Notes: generated by a model not told the origin, from the letters alone. 57,672 nucleotides of DNA, filler included, from Circinaria calcarea (GCA_051942165.1; 4 parts of 4 records of this genome joined end to end with filler, not necessarily neighbours in it); one strand, 5' to 3'. Counted from the whole stretch's first letter, positions 1-13,758 are shown. Program-made: numbers and translations.

Positions 1-149
1 ATGGCCGTACCAGCAGCGGTATGGTAGAAGTCCTTGCTGAGGAGCTGTCAGACCGTCAGTACAAATACCACGGTCCGCTTCTGCAGTAACGCTTTCGCAC
101 ATACGTCGTTGGATGGCTTAGCAATATCACTGAACGCTGGAATAGACAT
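1..149 (-). CDS. POR1: Mitochondrial outer membrane porin (VDAC), 5' part only
   Basis: Manual translation: exon 149-105 MSIPAFSDIAKPSND, intron GTATGT..CTGACAG (104-45), exon 44-11 LLSKDFYHTAA, then an intron running off the contig. Matches the fungal VDAC N-terminus. Confidence 0.9.
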
Positions 150-692
150 GTTGAGAGCCTGATCAATGGATAATGCGTGGTTTCGATAGTTGTCAAGTAT
201 TTAATAAGACGATGTTTATCGGGCTTTCATGCGAGGAGCGGAAATGGAGAGGAATTTCTCGGAAGCAGTAGGGACGTGCACGGAACTGAACGGCGATTGG
301 TCAGGTAACGTCTACCCATTCATTCATATCAGGGGCTTCGTTAGAATCAGTCAAGCTTCAGATACCGGTTCCGTTCACGGGACTTGCTATGTGAATAAGG
401 GAGTACATGAGGTGTTCAACTTGGCTCCGCTTTAAATTTCAACACAAAGAACCGATATCTCTGGAAAGTACTACAGTAATCTTGTTTGTGCTGACATCTC
501 AATTCCTAGAGTTTCCATCCATGGTATCGTCTATCGGTATCTGTTACAGTACATTGAGCGAAAGCATTTGTGTTCCAAGCCCTAGTATTGACAAGAAATC
601 GAGGCTGACCAGAGTATTTATCAGTAGCATTCACACTCTCCGCTCTCCCATGTGCAGATAAGGAGTCGGGGAGACAGTGTGATAGAGCAAGA

Positions 693-2919
693 TTACGTCG
701 GTTTTGAGCTCGCAACAGCGCCGTTTGTCTCTGATTTTCCGTCATACTTGGCTTGATGTATTCCGATAGCACTAGCAAAGTTAGCTTTCTTAGAAGTTTT
801 GTTCGAATATATTATCAAACATACCGTCCACTAGGATCCGTCTGCTTTGACCATGTAGGCGTCCATCGCATTACTGTGGAAGCGCAGTAGGGTGGGAAGT
901 GCTCATCAAACATTGTGCGGTACCAGTATGCCTCCTTCGTATCTGGAATGTCGTCTCCCCATTCTGCTTTCGGGTTCTTCATCTGTTCGTCGGTAACATG
1001 GATCTCGGCGTTGTCCTTCAGAGAATCAATCCAGCCGTAGCCGACACCATCGCTGAATTGCTCCTTCTGCCGCCACAATATCTTGTTTGGCAAATAGGGT
1101 TTCGTATCTGGTTCATCTGTGGTGTCAAATGCCTTACGTAAAATGTATTTCTCGATCCTATCCTTTGTGATCATCTTCTCTGCTGGGTCGATATTCATGG
1201 CATCCTCCAAGAACTGTACATGTCAATCATTTTTTTCACTGCCGTTTCAAGGGTCTTACCTGCTTGTCCAGAAAAGGTACGCGAGCTTCCACACCCCAAG
1301 CCGCAGTGGATTTATTAGCTCTGAGACAGTCTGAGAGATGGAGGTTTTTGACCCGGCGAACAGTTTCCTCATGAAAAGCATTCTTGTCCGGCGCCGCGTG
1401 GAAGTAGAGGTAGCCACCGAAAATCTCGTCGCTGCCTTCTCCACTCAGGACCATCTTTACACCCATGGCCTTAATTTTGCGGCTTAGAAGAAACATCGGG
1501 GTAGATGCACGGATCGTTGTAACATCATATGACTCTAGATGAAAGATGACATCGGACAAAGCGTCTAGGCCTTCTTGGATCGTAAACGTGAAATCATAGT
1601 GTTTCGTGCCTAAGAATCTTGCAACCTCCAAAGCTGCCTTAGTGTCGGGAGCATTGGGAAGCCCAATTGAGAAAGAGTGTAGTTGAGGAAGCCACTGGAC
1701 CGTCGACAGCTCGTTATTGTCGTCGATGCCAACAAGATCTTGCTTAGGGGACGCTTCGCGATCTTCCAACCTGTTGGCCTGGATGGCAGACATTGCCCGT
1801 AACCGTAATGTCTCTCTTTGGGCTATTGATGCTGTCAAGCTCGAATCGAGACCACCAGAAAGGAGAACACCATACGGCACTTCTGCCATCAGGCGCTTAC
1901 GAACAGCTTTCTCGAGCGATAATCGGATCAACTTGTAATCAATTGGCGCTGATGGAACATTATTAGGGTTCCACCACGAAGGTTGGAAATAACGGGTCGT
2001 GGAATTGGTCTTCGAGTCATATATGTGTCCTGGGGGAAACGCGATGATCTTATCACATACAGGATGCAAGCACTTCAATTCCGAGGCAAAGTAGACAGCT
2101 CCTGGTGTTTCGCTCGACCATCCTTGATAGAAACTTGTGATTCCGATAGGATCCCGTGCGGCAATGGTCCGATCTTGTTTTTTATCATAAAGTACCCAGG
2201 AGAACATACCATCGAGTAATTTAGGAGCGTCTATGTCATGCTCAATATACTAATTTTATCAGCATTAAGATGGAAGGTATCGGTCCTTCAGCATACCAGG
2301 GGTAATATAACTTCACAATCAGAATGTGTCTTGAAGTTGTAAGGTCTTTTGAGTTGCTTCCGCAGAACCCGGTGATTATAGATCTCGCCATTTACCGCCA
2401 ATGAGAGTGATCCATCGTCATTCCAGAGAGGTTGAGCGCCACTTTCTACCTGTAGTTAATTAACCAGATCCATCACTCCTGCGAGGTGGACCAACCAACG
2501 CCAACAATACTCAGTCTTTCATGGGCCAGTACTGGATACATGTCAACTCAATGCCTTCTTCTCTCTCTTTGATCCCGTTAAGGCTTTACTTGTTTTATTT
2601 GCGATGAAGTTTCCGCCTAAGTCTTGTCAGAAATCCTACTCAAACTCCGACTGGGATGAATTTACTCCAATCCGGACCACGATGTCGGGCGCTGATAATA
2701 CCGTAAGCTTCGAGTTTTCACCCAGTAAAAGCATTAGAGCCAACGCACGCCTTTGCCATCCGCAGCGCAGTCGGTTTGAATTTTGTTACATCTGGATGAC
2801 TGGCAAAAATCAGCTTCTAATGAATCAATGGCGTGGAGGCAGCGTCCTATAAGTCAAAACGGGACTGGCTGCTCATCAGCAATTCTAACTCACTGATGAC
2901 ATGCGAAAATCCCACACAT
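693..2919 (-). CDS. ASN1: Glutamine-hydrolysing asparagine synthetase (multi-exon)
   Basis: Spliced N-terminus [54 protein letters not shown] (Ntn Cys2). Motifs [24 protein letters not shown] and [12 protein letters not shown]. Last exon [12 protein letters not shown] ends at 693. Confidence 0.97.
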
Positions 2920-3021
2920 GATTGGGATTGATTCGACCAGATCCGCGAGACTGCGCTTTTGCTAAACTGTCGAATGCGATTTGATTAAAAGAATCTCTAA
3001 ATATCGGTGTTGGAGGGTTTC

Positions 3022-3028
3022 TGAGTCA
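3022..3028. promoter_or_regulatory. Gcn4/CpcA response element (TGAGTCA/TGACTCA)
   Basis: Perfect heptamer about 100 bp upstream of the asparagine synthetase ATG. ASN genes are known general-control targets. Confidence 0.6.
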
Positions 3029-3466
3029 CCGATGTCGGCTATCTACCTAAGAATGACGGGTACGTACATGCCTTATCGTGTGCTTATCTACCTCACGAGC
3101 GTATAAAAGCGTCATGGTAACAATTTATTGATATGGAATCCCTACCAATACGGGTTATTCATATAGGAAGTGGACGGCATAATGTTCTGTCTCATAATGC
3201 ATTACAATACAGCTATTGAGCCTATGGACTATGCTCAACCCCAACTCCGCCGCAAATCATAGTAGTTATGTGGCAAATAAGCATCCGAAAAAGCCTTGGT
3301 ATCCAGCGCATCAGGTATCAGAGTCCGAGATTCGTAAACTTTGCTCTGATAGCATGGGAGGCCGTAGAAGTTCTCCCTAGCTCCACATGTAATTGTAGAG
3401 CTCGAACCTTTGGGAATGACCATATAGCAAAGAGGATTGGCCGGTAACCAATATGGCAGGGAACAA

Positions 3467-4113
3467 TCACGGTGCTGGATTTTCCTTCACAATATGTCTA
3501 ACCTTCTTCTCATATGCCTGCCGATCCTTCTTGAAAAGGTTATAGGCTTCTGCCTGCGCTGGAGACTCTGGGTTCGGGTCGTCGAGCAAATCTTGAATGC
3601 CCTGAAGGATCTGCTTGATCGTGATCGCTGGTTTCCATCCCTCCTCCTCGTTCAAGATTGACAGGCAGACGGTTCCAGACGGATAGACGTTTGGGTGGAA
3701 AAGGGGCGGCACAAATTTACCTGCGGGTTGTCAGAATAGAGACTCACTTTAATAAAGAATCAACACATTCATACATTTCGGCGGTTTCGTCGGATACTCT
3801 GTCAGTATGGTAAGCACGATTAACGATCTGGGTCTGCTCCAATCCGCGTACATACCATCGGGAAATAGGACGTCCAGCTTGAACAGGCCTCCCTCCCATA
3901 GTGTCTTATCTTTACCTGGAATACCACATTCCCACTTCTTCAGATCCAATATTCCGGTGGGCGTCCGCACTGGCTTTGCGAAGAAGCCGAATGGGTGATC
4001 TTTGCGCCACTGCTTACTGAAATGATTTGAATCTGTCAGTTAAGCTACAACCAGTGATGTCTTGTGCAAAGTGCTTACCGCTCTTCCTGTAGGCGGTTTT
4101 GGCATAGTGACAT
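3467..4113 (-). CDS. UBC9: SUMO-conjugating enzyme E2
   Basis: [12 protein letters not shown] / [11 protein letters not shown] / [12 protein letters not shown] / [32 protein letters not shown]; three introns. Confidence 0.97.
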
Positions 4114-4600
4114 CTTTGCGGGGCAGAAGGATGAAAAGGAGTTCGTAAAGGATTCCTAGGAGAATAAAGGAAGGTCTGGTTTTCCTATTGCGCTGTCTAG
4201 GAATGATAAGCGGGTAGTTCTTGATTTATTTAGGTGTGGATGACTGGATACGTACAAAAAAGGAGAGGTAGACGTAGGATGGATGGGCGCCACCAAGTAG
4301 CCCGGCGTGAATTTGTAGGTTTGGAGTGAATAAGTGAGCTTGCAGTTTCATGCAAACAATCGGCGGGAGACAGGGATCTTCTACAGTGAAGCCCCACTAA
4401 TGTCGGTGACCATTGATCAATCTTATCTAAACGAAACGCGGGATGCCTCGGTTATGGTAGTGCAGCCGCCATGTTCTCTTTCAGTAACCAGTACCGGCAG
4501 CAGAAAGTGAAATGCGCAAAGAAGGCCGATGGCATGCTGAACCGTCATAAAGGCGACTGGAGGCTGGATTGAGCTTTCACTTCGCGGAGAAGTTAAAAAC

Positions 4601-5651
4601 ATGGAGAAACCAGCTGAAACCCCAGATAGGGTTTCGGCAGCAATCAAAAGCCCCCAGCATACAGCCGATGAAGCTCCAGATCCTGAAGAAGACGATCTCG
4701 ATGACCTGGACGGTATGCCTTACCTCTCGATGGTATTTTCGTGCCAATTCTAAAAATTCGACTATGCAGATATGCTCGATGAATTTTCTGCTGCTAAGCT
4801 CGACGAAAAGACCGAGGCCCCATCCGCATCTGGACCGGGCAGGCCTGACAGTCATGGTATGAACACTAAAGTTGATGGTAGCACCGACGACTTTAGTAAG
4901 GAACTTCACGAACAAATGGCAGCCCTAATGGGGGAGATTGACGAATCGCCGGAGATGCGACAGCAACTGGAATCTATGATGAAAGAACTCACGACGGCAG
5001 CGGACCCGGGAATATCAGCACAAGCAAATGAAGCAGCCATGGCACCAGGAACTAGTAGAGCAGCCGCCTCTGCATCCGTCCCCGAAGAGTCCTTCCAAGA
5101 GACGATTCGTAAGACGATGGAGCGCATGCAAGCTTCAGGAGAGCAGGCAACAGCAGCAGCGGTCTCGGATGATTCGGATGATATACTGACTCAGATTCTG
5201 AAAGATATGCAAGGTGGGGGACCCGATGGTACTGGCGGAGAGGAAGACTTCTCGAAATTGCTGATGGGCATGATGGAGCAGTTGACCAACAAGGATATCC
5301 TGTATGAGCCCATGAAAGAGTTGCACGACAAATTCCCAGCATGGATGAGTAAGAACAAGGAGAAAACCAAAGCCGATGATTTGCAAAGATATAAGGAGCA
5401 ACAGGGGCTGGTCAAGGAGATCGTGGCAAGGTTCGAAAGTAAAGGGTATTCAGATGACCATGTAGCGGATAGGGAGTTCATTATTGAGAAGATGCAGAAG
5501 GTATGAGTTCACCAACATTGTCGAGTTGAATATCATACTGATTTTTCCGTAGATGCAAGCTGCTGGCAGCCCACCTGCTGATTTAGTGGGTGACATGAAT
5601 GCCGCACAAGAAGCTCTTGGTAATCTAGACTCTGGATGCGCACAGCAATAG
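4601..5651 (+). CDS. PEX19: Peroxisomal membrane protein import receptor Pex19
   Basis: N-terminal EEDDLDDLD-MLDEF, core MMEQLTNKDILYEPMKEL, final exon MQAAGSPPADLVGD..SGCAQQ* with a CaaX box. Introns near 4713-4769 and 5501-5552. Confidence 0.95.
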
Positions 5652-5842
5652 TACAAATTTCTCCTAAACAAATCATGACCTCACTAGCGTGATCCGTGTT
5701 CAAGGCGTACATCACAAAACTCCCATCCCAAGCCATCAACCAAACGCCATCAAAATATTTATACATACCCCATCAATGAAGTTAGACCCTAGAACAAGCC
5801 TGTTGTGAGGCACAACCGCAAGCGGCCAGAGAACACCCCTTT

Positions 5843-6617
5843 TTAGCCCATTTCTGTATCCATATGCTGATCCTCTGGTATCGGGGTTTCGGGATCCAAG
5901 CGAGATTTTTCATTTTCTGCCTGCTCGAGCGCGTCCACGAGCAGTCGTTCGTACTCCTCGTCGTCAGTTCCATACTCTGGCATTATGTGCTTTTGCTCGA
6001 GATTGGTATCCTGCTGCTCGTCCATTTCCAGAGAGAGAGCGTCAAGCTCCCTTTCTTCTTGCAATAGGATCTCCTCGAAGACAATGTCTGTAACCAACTA
6101 TTAGAGTAAAGAATCTAAAACAAGTATCAAGTTCCGTCCTGACCGTGGCCGTAATCAGATGCGTTCTCCACATCCATCTCCTCGTCCTCTGGGGCAGAGG
6201 GTACCTCTGACGCCGAGCGTGCTTTCTCCTCTTCCCATCTCCTCTGCCGCGCAATAAAATCGGATCTTAAGACCTATAGTAAATCCAAAAATATGAATTC
6301 AGCTTCAACCCTTCAGAGTCCAGGCATACTCATACCTGATCCCCTCGTGCCCCCCATCGCGTGTCATCTCCAGCTTGCTTGACTTTCTTCAAAAATAAGT
6401 CGCGTCGCCGGTCACGCTCGGAGTTCTTGTTCGACACTACTGTACTGTATTTCGACTGCCGTCTACCACGTGGTTTGAGTAGACCTTTTGTAAAAGACGA
6501 CATATGTTGGGACGAGTAATGCGACTGATAGCAAGCATTGGGCTCACGCAGCGATAGCGGGGATGATTGGGAAGGTCGGAAGTACTGTGTTGATGGCTGT
6601 GTGAGTACCGCGAACAT
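5843..6617 (-). CDS. Hypothetical protein (3 exons), probably conserved in fungi
   Basis: ORFs 6330-6617 (RRDLFLKKVKQAGDDTRWGARGDQ), a middle exon VLRSDFIARQRRWEEEKAR and acidic 5843-6097, joined by GT..AG introns. Confidence 0.7.
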
Positions 6618-7684
6618 GATGCTGGTACCGGACGTTTAAAAGTTGATCACCAGAGCTTTTGATGTAAGCAGATGTGTGTTTCTTTATCGATTTGAGCAGC
6701 GTGACATTCGATCAGTTGTCGCGTCTGGCACTAAAGGCCCAATAAGGTAAAGCGTGGTCTACATGGGAGCTTATGGTAGCGGGATATGGCTAATCAGGGG
6801 TTTTAATTGGGCCGTCCCCACTCCCCTGACTGTTTTGAAGCTGATATCTTCCGTGATCTCGATCCGACACAAAAGACTATCTCAGATCAGAGAGCATAAA
6901 CCAACAACAATCGGAAGACTCGGTGATGATGCTTCTACTATTTGATTTCTCCGTCTCCTTCTTTTGGTACATTCGGTGGCTTATAACAGTCAGCATTGGA
7001 ATATAGCTGGTAAAGCGAAAGTCATGGGAGCTTGGGTTTTTGGCGAGGTCGTTTCCGTCACTCGCACGGGATCTTGTGGATATAATATTGTGTTCCAAGA
7101 TCCGTAATGGCACAGCAGAGTCTAGTCTGAAGTTTGAGGTGATATGTATTTGAATGGCCCTTGGAAGACGTGAGAATTGGTTTGGCTGTCCTCATACGGT
7201 GGTTTCTTTGATAACCGCTACTTCACTAGCACCCTGATCTTCCACGACAAGCACGTTCCAGCCACCTTCCCATTTCTATAGTGACTCACTGTCTCTTTAC
7301 ATGTTATTCAGGCATCGATCGGACCAAGCTTTTTAACCTTCATCCTAGCCTTATCTATGATCAGATGCAAGCTCACTCCAAGCTACCCTGATTCTAAAAC
7401 AAGAAGCCTACCCCGCTGGGAAGGTGCAACCGGGTGTCGTCGTAAAGCTCCAGTCTTTGTCATGGATTCACCTTCTCCTTTACCCCATCTCTGCCATTGG
7501 CACGGTCCAGAGGCTGTTCGCTGATACTCACCTCCACGTTCCACATCCTCTTCCTTCGCTGATGCGATGTTGTGAGAAGGACCATCACTGCGCTATCTCT
7601 CGCCAGTTCCTTTCTATCCAGACGTACACTGCCAATTGAGCAAAGCACATCCTTCTAGCATATGGCATAAACCTAATCCTGGTC

Positions 7685-9664
7685 ATGATGGTCACGTATG
7701 GTCGAAAGAGGAGAGGACTTTTTCCAACATTCTCGGTGTTCCAAGATGACAAGATCAAGGGAGAGATGGACAGCCGGAGGTCTAGTGAGGAAAGTCTTTG
7801 GCTGATGCAGAAGAACTACCGCTGATTCCCTCTATCTCCAGCTTCCAAGGATATGAAGTCTCGAGAGTCCACTGAAGGCGCTTTGAGACGCCAACGAACA
7901 CCTGCTGATGATAGCATCGATGAGTTGGATCACGCTCCTCTCGAAGATACACCTCAAGACCCTGGATTGGGGGTGTCGACTTACGGCGAAGCTTCTTCGC
8001 AGCACCGGCAACAGTCCACCTCTGATTTGGTTGCTATCAATGATTCGAAGAAACCGCTGCTCCCAATCCCAAACCCAGGGCTACCAGGAGGCGAGCGCGG
8101 TCAGCCTCAGGCTCCCCGGAGCGGAGTCCTTGCACCAAAGACAACTAATCTCAAGGTTCCTGCTAAGAAACCTAGGAAACTTTCAAAGGCAAATATTCCC
8201 CAACAGCCTACTAAACAAGTTCAGATTTCTGCACCAACCGACCTGCAAGTGTTAGACTCTTCTGCTGAGATGGAGATTGGACATGCATTTCAACAAGCGC
8301 ATGCGTCAAACAGAATAGTTGCGAGAGGAGATGCGGCGGATCTGGGTAGAAAACTCTCGGAACTTATGCAGCAAGCAGGCCTCGACGACAACAGTGCATC
8401 CTTGACCTCCAGAACAGCCGCCATCGCCCTGGGAGGTACACAAGGACGAAAACCGTCGCCCCTTCAGAAGAGCAAGGAAGCTGTCGCACGAGCAAAAAGG
8501 GCTATCTCAGATCATCTCGGTAGTAGCGGAGAAAGGAAGCAAACGGAGAAGAAAAATGTTAGCAGCGCACCTGGCTCTAGCTCGGACGAACTCGCTGCTC
8601 CAGATCATACTATGGACGCGGAGATAAGTCAGCGGAGGTTGAATCGTCGTATTGCTGAGGGTGAGAACCTTGGTAAATCAAAGATTAGATTTTTAACCGG
8701 TGACGGCGATATACCACGGAAGCCGCTTCCGGTATATGAGAGCATGAAGTCACCTGGACAACGATCTGAGTCCCCCGATGATCCCTTCTCAGACGATAGG
8801 CGATCCCAGGAAGCCCTCTTGGATCCTAACCTTTCCAAATTTGACTTCGACTTTGACAAACGCAAGGAGAAAAGAACCAGCGTGCAGAAGCTTCTTTCCT
8901 CCCCGCAGCAGATGCAATCTTCTCCCGAAACCTCGAAAAGCACCTTACAACAGGTATCCAGGCCAGTCTCACGATTCTCTGGATTCATCTCAGGCCTTGC
9001 TCAACACTCGGATATAGAATTCTTCTCCAGCAGCCCTGTTGGCTTTTCGACCCCTCGCATTCGTCTAGAGCCACACTTCGATGGAAGTGGCAGGAAGAGA
9101 CTCAGCGCTGTCTCTGCGAAAAGTCCCTCTGTACTTGATTTCAGCTTCGAGGAGCTGAGTGATGATGAATTTGCACATGCACAACAGGCTGAACGGAAGG
9201 GTTTTAGCCCTAGTCTCAGTCTCAAAAGAAAAACTGCTAAGGCCAACCTACGTAGTGCCTCGTCACCGGCTATGAAGAGAGTTAAGAAAGGACCAAGATC
9301 TTCAGACGAGATGTCTCTCACATCAAGGATTGGTAACCTGACCACTAACGATAGTGGTAGTAGTAATGTCAACAGTAATGTCAATAGTAATCAAGGTAGA
9401 CCGAGGAGAGCCGTGGCAGCAAGTCCCAAATCAAAAGGCCTTAAGATTTTCAAGATCAGCAAAGGCAAGGAACCGATCAGAAGTGGCTCAGATTTGGACA
9501 AAAAGTCAAGGGGACATGTAGCGGTTGGAAGGCGATACTCGACATCCAAAACCACCAAGCGATATGTGAATCGTGAGCATAGAGCAAGTATGCCTATATT
9601 AAGCGGCATTCTCAACGAGGAAACGATGAGCGTGGACGAGCTTCAGATGGACGAGTCTATGTGA
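7685..9664 (+). CDS. Hypothetical Ser/Lys/Arg-rich, largely disordered protein
   Basis: Exon 1 7685-7784 MMVTYGRKRRGLFPTFSVFQDD.., then intron 7785-7841 (GTGAGG..CTGAT..CCAG) splices in frame to the 603-aa ORF 7853-9664. Confidence 0.75.
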
Positions 9665-10761
9665 GGGGAGGAAGAAAGATAGTGGAGACTGAAAAAAGGG
9701 TTATGATGTCGCCGTCGTGGGATGGCTCAACTGCTTGTCGCTCCATTGGCAAATCATCGAAGTATGATTTTCTTGCAATGCCGTCGATATTTTCTACCTT
9801 GTGCTACTAGCTTTATTGCATAGCTGAACATGTAGCTACTGGATATCACAATAGCTAGCAGCGGAGATACGTGGTATTGGTAATTAGCAGGTCCTAGCCC
9901 ATGGAATCATCTCCACCAGTGGCAAAGAATCGACGAGGCATTCCTGATGACATTAGAGCGTGGCTGGAACGGTGAAGTGGCGATTGATAATCTCATCCGC
10001 TATATATCTGAGAAGATAACCACGTTCGTCCAAAGAGCTAGCTTGTGATGACAGTCCTCAAGGTCCCATGAGTGAACAGTAATACCTTCTAACAGACGCA
10101 GAGCCTTCTGCTGCTTCCATTTACTGTGAAAGCAATGGTCCACGAGGTAACCTCCTACCCCTGAAGCACTAACGTACCGTTACTGGCTTCGACGCTGTGT
10201 GGCCATGACCATTATATGTTTGCAGGCCCCATCGAACGCTCCTGCGGGTATTATTTCCGATAAAGTTGTACATTTGCAAGAAAGTCTCGACATGCAAAGG
10301 GCGTTCCACATTTTGACGCTTTCGACCCAGTAAAATATTAAATATAGATGGCACTGTGATGAAAAGCCATGGGGATCGGGTTACACATACGCTTTGGTAC
10401 TTGAGTGTTCATATGGGAAATTTGCAAAACCGGACGGGATTCTAGCCTTTTTTTTTTCTTTTTTTCTTTTTTCAAAACAAGGTATTTGATATGGTTTTAG
10501 TTTGGGGGTTGAGTTTATGGATGATCAAGGGGGCTTGGGGGTAGGGTTTGGAAGGAGGAGTTTGGATATGAAAGGGGAATGATCGAAGCAAAGTGAGAAG
10601 TAGAGTGTTGCAGCTCAAATGAATCTTTGATTGGGACCTGTAACATGAATCTTGCAAGATAAGGCTGGTACACAGACACTTTCCAGTTTAAGGGACACTC
10701 CAGGAGATAATCAATGATGCTCACTTTGCTTCCCAACTCCTTTACTGCTGTCCACCCCGCG

Positions 10762-11577
10762 CTAGGTGAGCTTTTGCTTGATGAAAAATGCTCGAAGATG
10801 GGATAACTGCCAAGCGCAGGTGACTCCGAGCACAACTAGTTGGACTAGCATCCACCTTACCACTCGAGCGTTTGTCGTTTCCGACTGATCTCTGAACTCC
10901 GCCTCCCGCTCCTAAGGAGAACCAATTGATTAATAGGGAGCCTTAGGCGTTTGAAAGCGTCATCGAAACATACCCTCTGGAAAACCTGCTCCCTCCGGAT
11001 GTCCTGCAACCTCCCGTTCAGGTCCTTGACCTTTTGTACAATATCATTGATCTTCCCCTTGTCCGTACTCTCAATCGCGCTCGTTTCGCCAATGGCCAAA
11101 TCCAGCGACAGTTTGATGGCTCCTTGCGGCTGTCCTCCGCTCAGCCATCCGCCACCGGCCCCGTATTGTGAGGGCGTGAAACAGATTCTGTGGTCACCAG
11201 AATCCGCGGCGCTGAAAGTGAATTTGCCGCTGTGCGCGCCGCGCTGGGAGACGACGCGGTGGTCGTTGTCGAAGACCTCTTCGACGGAAATGTAGATTTT
11301 CAGGTCAGGGTGTGTGGAGTAGCTATTGGTGGCCGAATCGTATTGCTCGGCTTTGTAGCTGCCTGTAAAGCGGTTAGACCTGCCAGCGCTGAGATTTCTG
11401 CTGGTGAAAAGACTGACCAACCACTAAAGTATCCTTTGGGAGCTCCTCGTAGAAGCACTTTGGAGACACGCCGTCGAGGTAAAAGTACAGAGCGTGAACC
11501 GGCAAGAGTAAATTCGAGAGCAGTATAAGAGCAAATGACTGTAATAGCCATGACGGCCGTGATTGTGATGTCTCCAT
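10762..11577 (-). CDS. p24/emp24/gp25L family (GOLD) cargo receptor, Erp1-like alpha subfamily
   Basis: Signal peptide then [42 protein letters not shown], coiled coil [23 protein letters not shown], and tail [12 protein letters not shown] (FF plus dilysine-type). Confidence 0.93.
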
Positions 11578-11822
11578 GCCTCTGTTGACAGCTTTGAATA
11601 TTTGTGCAGCAAGGCCGCCGCCGAGCTCCTTTCGCGAAGTTGGCTTCACGGAAATTCTGACAGGGATTCTGGCGATCACTCCGGCTTCCTCCCGCAATTC
11701 ATTGAAGGACACGGACACCACCTCGATTTTTCGATTATCTACGTCTTGCTCTCAACACATTGATCAGGCTTAGGCTCATTCTGAGAGTTCGTTGGTCCGC
11801 ATCAGCGACCATATTGATCAAG

Positions 11823-13758
11823 ATGGCTACCGCTGATGTGCGCGATATCCTCGATGTGAAACGGGAAACATCTTCAAGGCCAGCCAAAAAGCAGAAGCTC
11901 ACCCAGCGCAGGCCTGGTATGTATGGGCACTTGAGATACACCTGCGAGTTAGTACTGACGTCAACCAGAGCACATCACTCGAGAGCTGTTTGAACTGATT
12001 GGTGAACGTGCGCCGCCAGTCGCCGCACAAGAGGTTCAGTACAAAATTAAACCAAAGCTCCCCCGCAAACTTAGGCCATGGTCAGCATTCTGAATTAATA
12101 GACCAACCCAGGTGCTAACTCATTGCTACAGGGAGCTATCACCGTTCACAAACCCTTCAAGGGACGATGGACTCGTACTACGGCATTGGAGAAAGAAAAA
12201 AGAACACCACGGAATTACACCTGGTCCAGCTACGCCCGCAGATACGGAAATGGGTGGCGTTGTAAAAAACGAACCAGAGAGCAAACCCTCAGTCGCGGAT
12301 AATTTCGCCAGATTCAACATCAAGCTTAGCGGACCAGAGTATACCGAGGAGGAGTATGATGCTCATCTAAGGAGCGACAATTGGACCAAGGAAGAAACAG
12401 ATTATCTGGTCAATCTGGCCATGGACTTTGATCTGCGATGGATCGTCATTGCGGACAGATACGATTATCAGCCACATGAGCCAGTTCCTGAAGGAGATGC
12501 AATGGCGATATCAACGCCCGTCAAAACAAGAACGATGGAGGATATGAAAGCAAGATACTACGATGTTGCAGCGAAGATGATGGCACTCCATCATCCCTTA
12601 GCAAGCATGTCCACCTCGGAATTCGAACTTCACGAGAAGATGACCAAGTACAATCCCGTCCAAGAAACTACACGCAAGAGACTCGCCGAAGCCCTCCTTT
12701 CACGATCTCCTGAAGATATCAGAGAAGAAGAGATCCTCCTTGGTGAACTGAAACGGATCGTCACAAACGAAGAACGCCTCGCCCAGGAACGCAAAGAACT
12801 CTATGCCCGACTTGAAGCCCCTCAATCCACCGGCAACACCGCTATCTACCAAACAAGCCAAGGGCTCGCTCAGCTCATGGCAACCCTACTGTCAGCCGAC
12901 AAAAGCAAAAAGCGGCGCTCTCTCATGAGTCCCGGTGACGGAGCTTCTAGCCCCGCTGCTGGTTCTTCTAACCATCCACCGAACCAGGTTGACCGCTCTC
13001 AGCGTCCTTCGCTGCCTGGAGGCAACTCCCTAACCAAGAAATCATCCATGTCCACTGGCCAGAACCATCGCCAGCTTACACCCCGCGAAGAAGCTAAATA
13101 CGGCGTCACGCACCATGACCGACTCACCTCGGGTGTGTCCTTCCGCACTGCACGCATTGATAAGCTCATTGCCGCCAAGTCTACGGCTCAGAGTGCCAAG
13201 ATCACGGCTGCGTTGACAGAATTATCCATACCGCCAAAACTGGTCATGCCCACAGCTAAAGTCTGTGCTGAGTTTGAGCGATTGGTTGGAGGGATACAAA
13301 CTTTGCTAGACGTAAGGAAGGTAAGCGAGAAGGTCGAAAGCGAGATCCGAGTTCTCAAGGCACAGCAAGAGGAGAGGGAGAGAAGGGAGAGAGGGGAGGT
13401 GGGTGGGAGCGATGGTACAGGCGAAGAGGAGCGGGAGGAGGAGGCTGAAGAGGAACGAGCAAAAGATGAGGAGGAAGATGAGGATGCGGAGGCAACGAGG
13501 AGAAGCGACGAGGATGAGGACGACGTTGGGGATGGGGAAGGTGAAGAGGATGGAGACGCGAACGGAGATGGGGACGGAGGAGCGGATGAAGGCGAGGAAG
13601 AAGACAGGGACGGGGACGGGGACAGGGACGAAGAAGAGGCCGATGGAGACGAGTCGAGAGGAAGCGTGGCCCCGAGCGTGAAGAGTAATGCCGTCAAGCG
13701 GAGTGCGAGCGTGCTGAGCGAAGGAAGTCAGAAGAGCACGAAAAGGCAGAAGAAGTAA
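11823..13758 (+). CDS. SWC4: SWR1/NuA4 complex subunit Swc4 (Eaf2/DMAP1 homolog)
   Basis: MATADVRDILD start, PFTNPSRDDGLVLRHW, SANT WTKEETDYLVNLAMDFDLRWIVIADRY, RTMEDMKARYY; acidic C-terminal tail; two 5' introns. Confidence 0.93.

Noticed and set aside
2800..2893. Possible stwintron (nested intron) in ASN intron 1
   Set aside because: Removing the inner 47 nt does not recreate a GT donor.
13188..13697. Ser/Pro-rich 169-aa minus-strand ORF
   Set aside because: Antisense shadow of the SWC4 acidic low-complexity tail.
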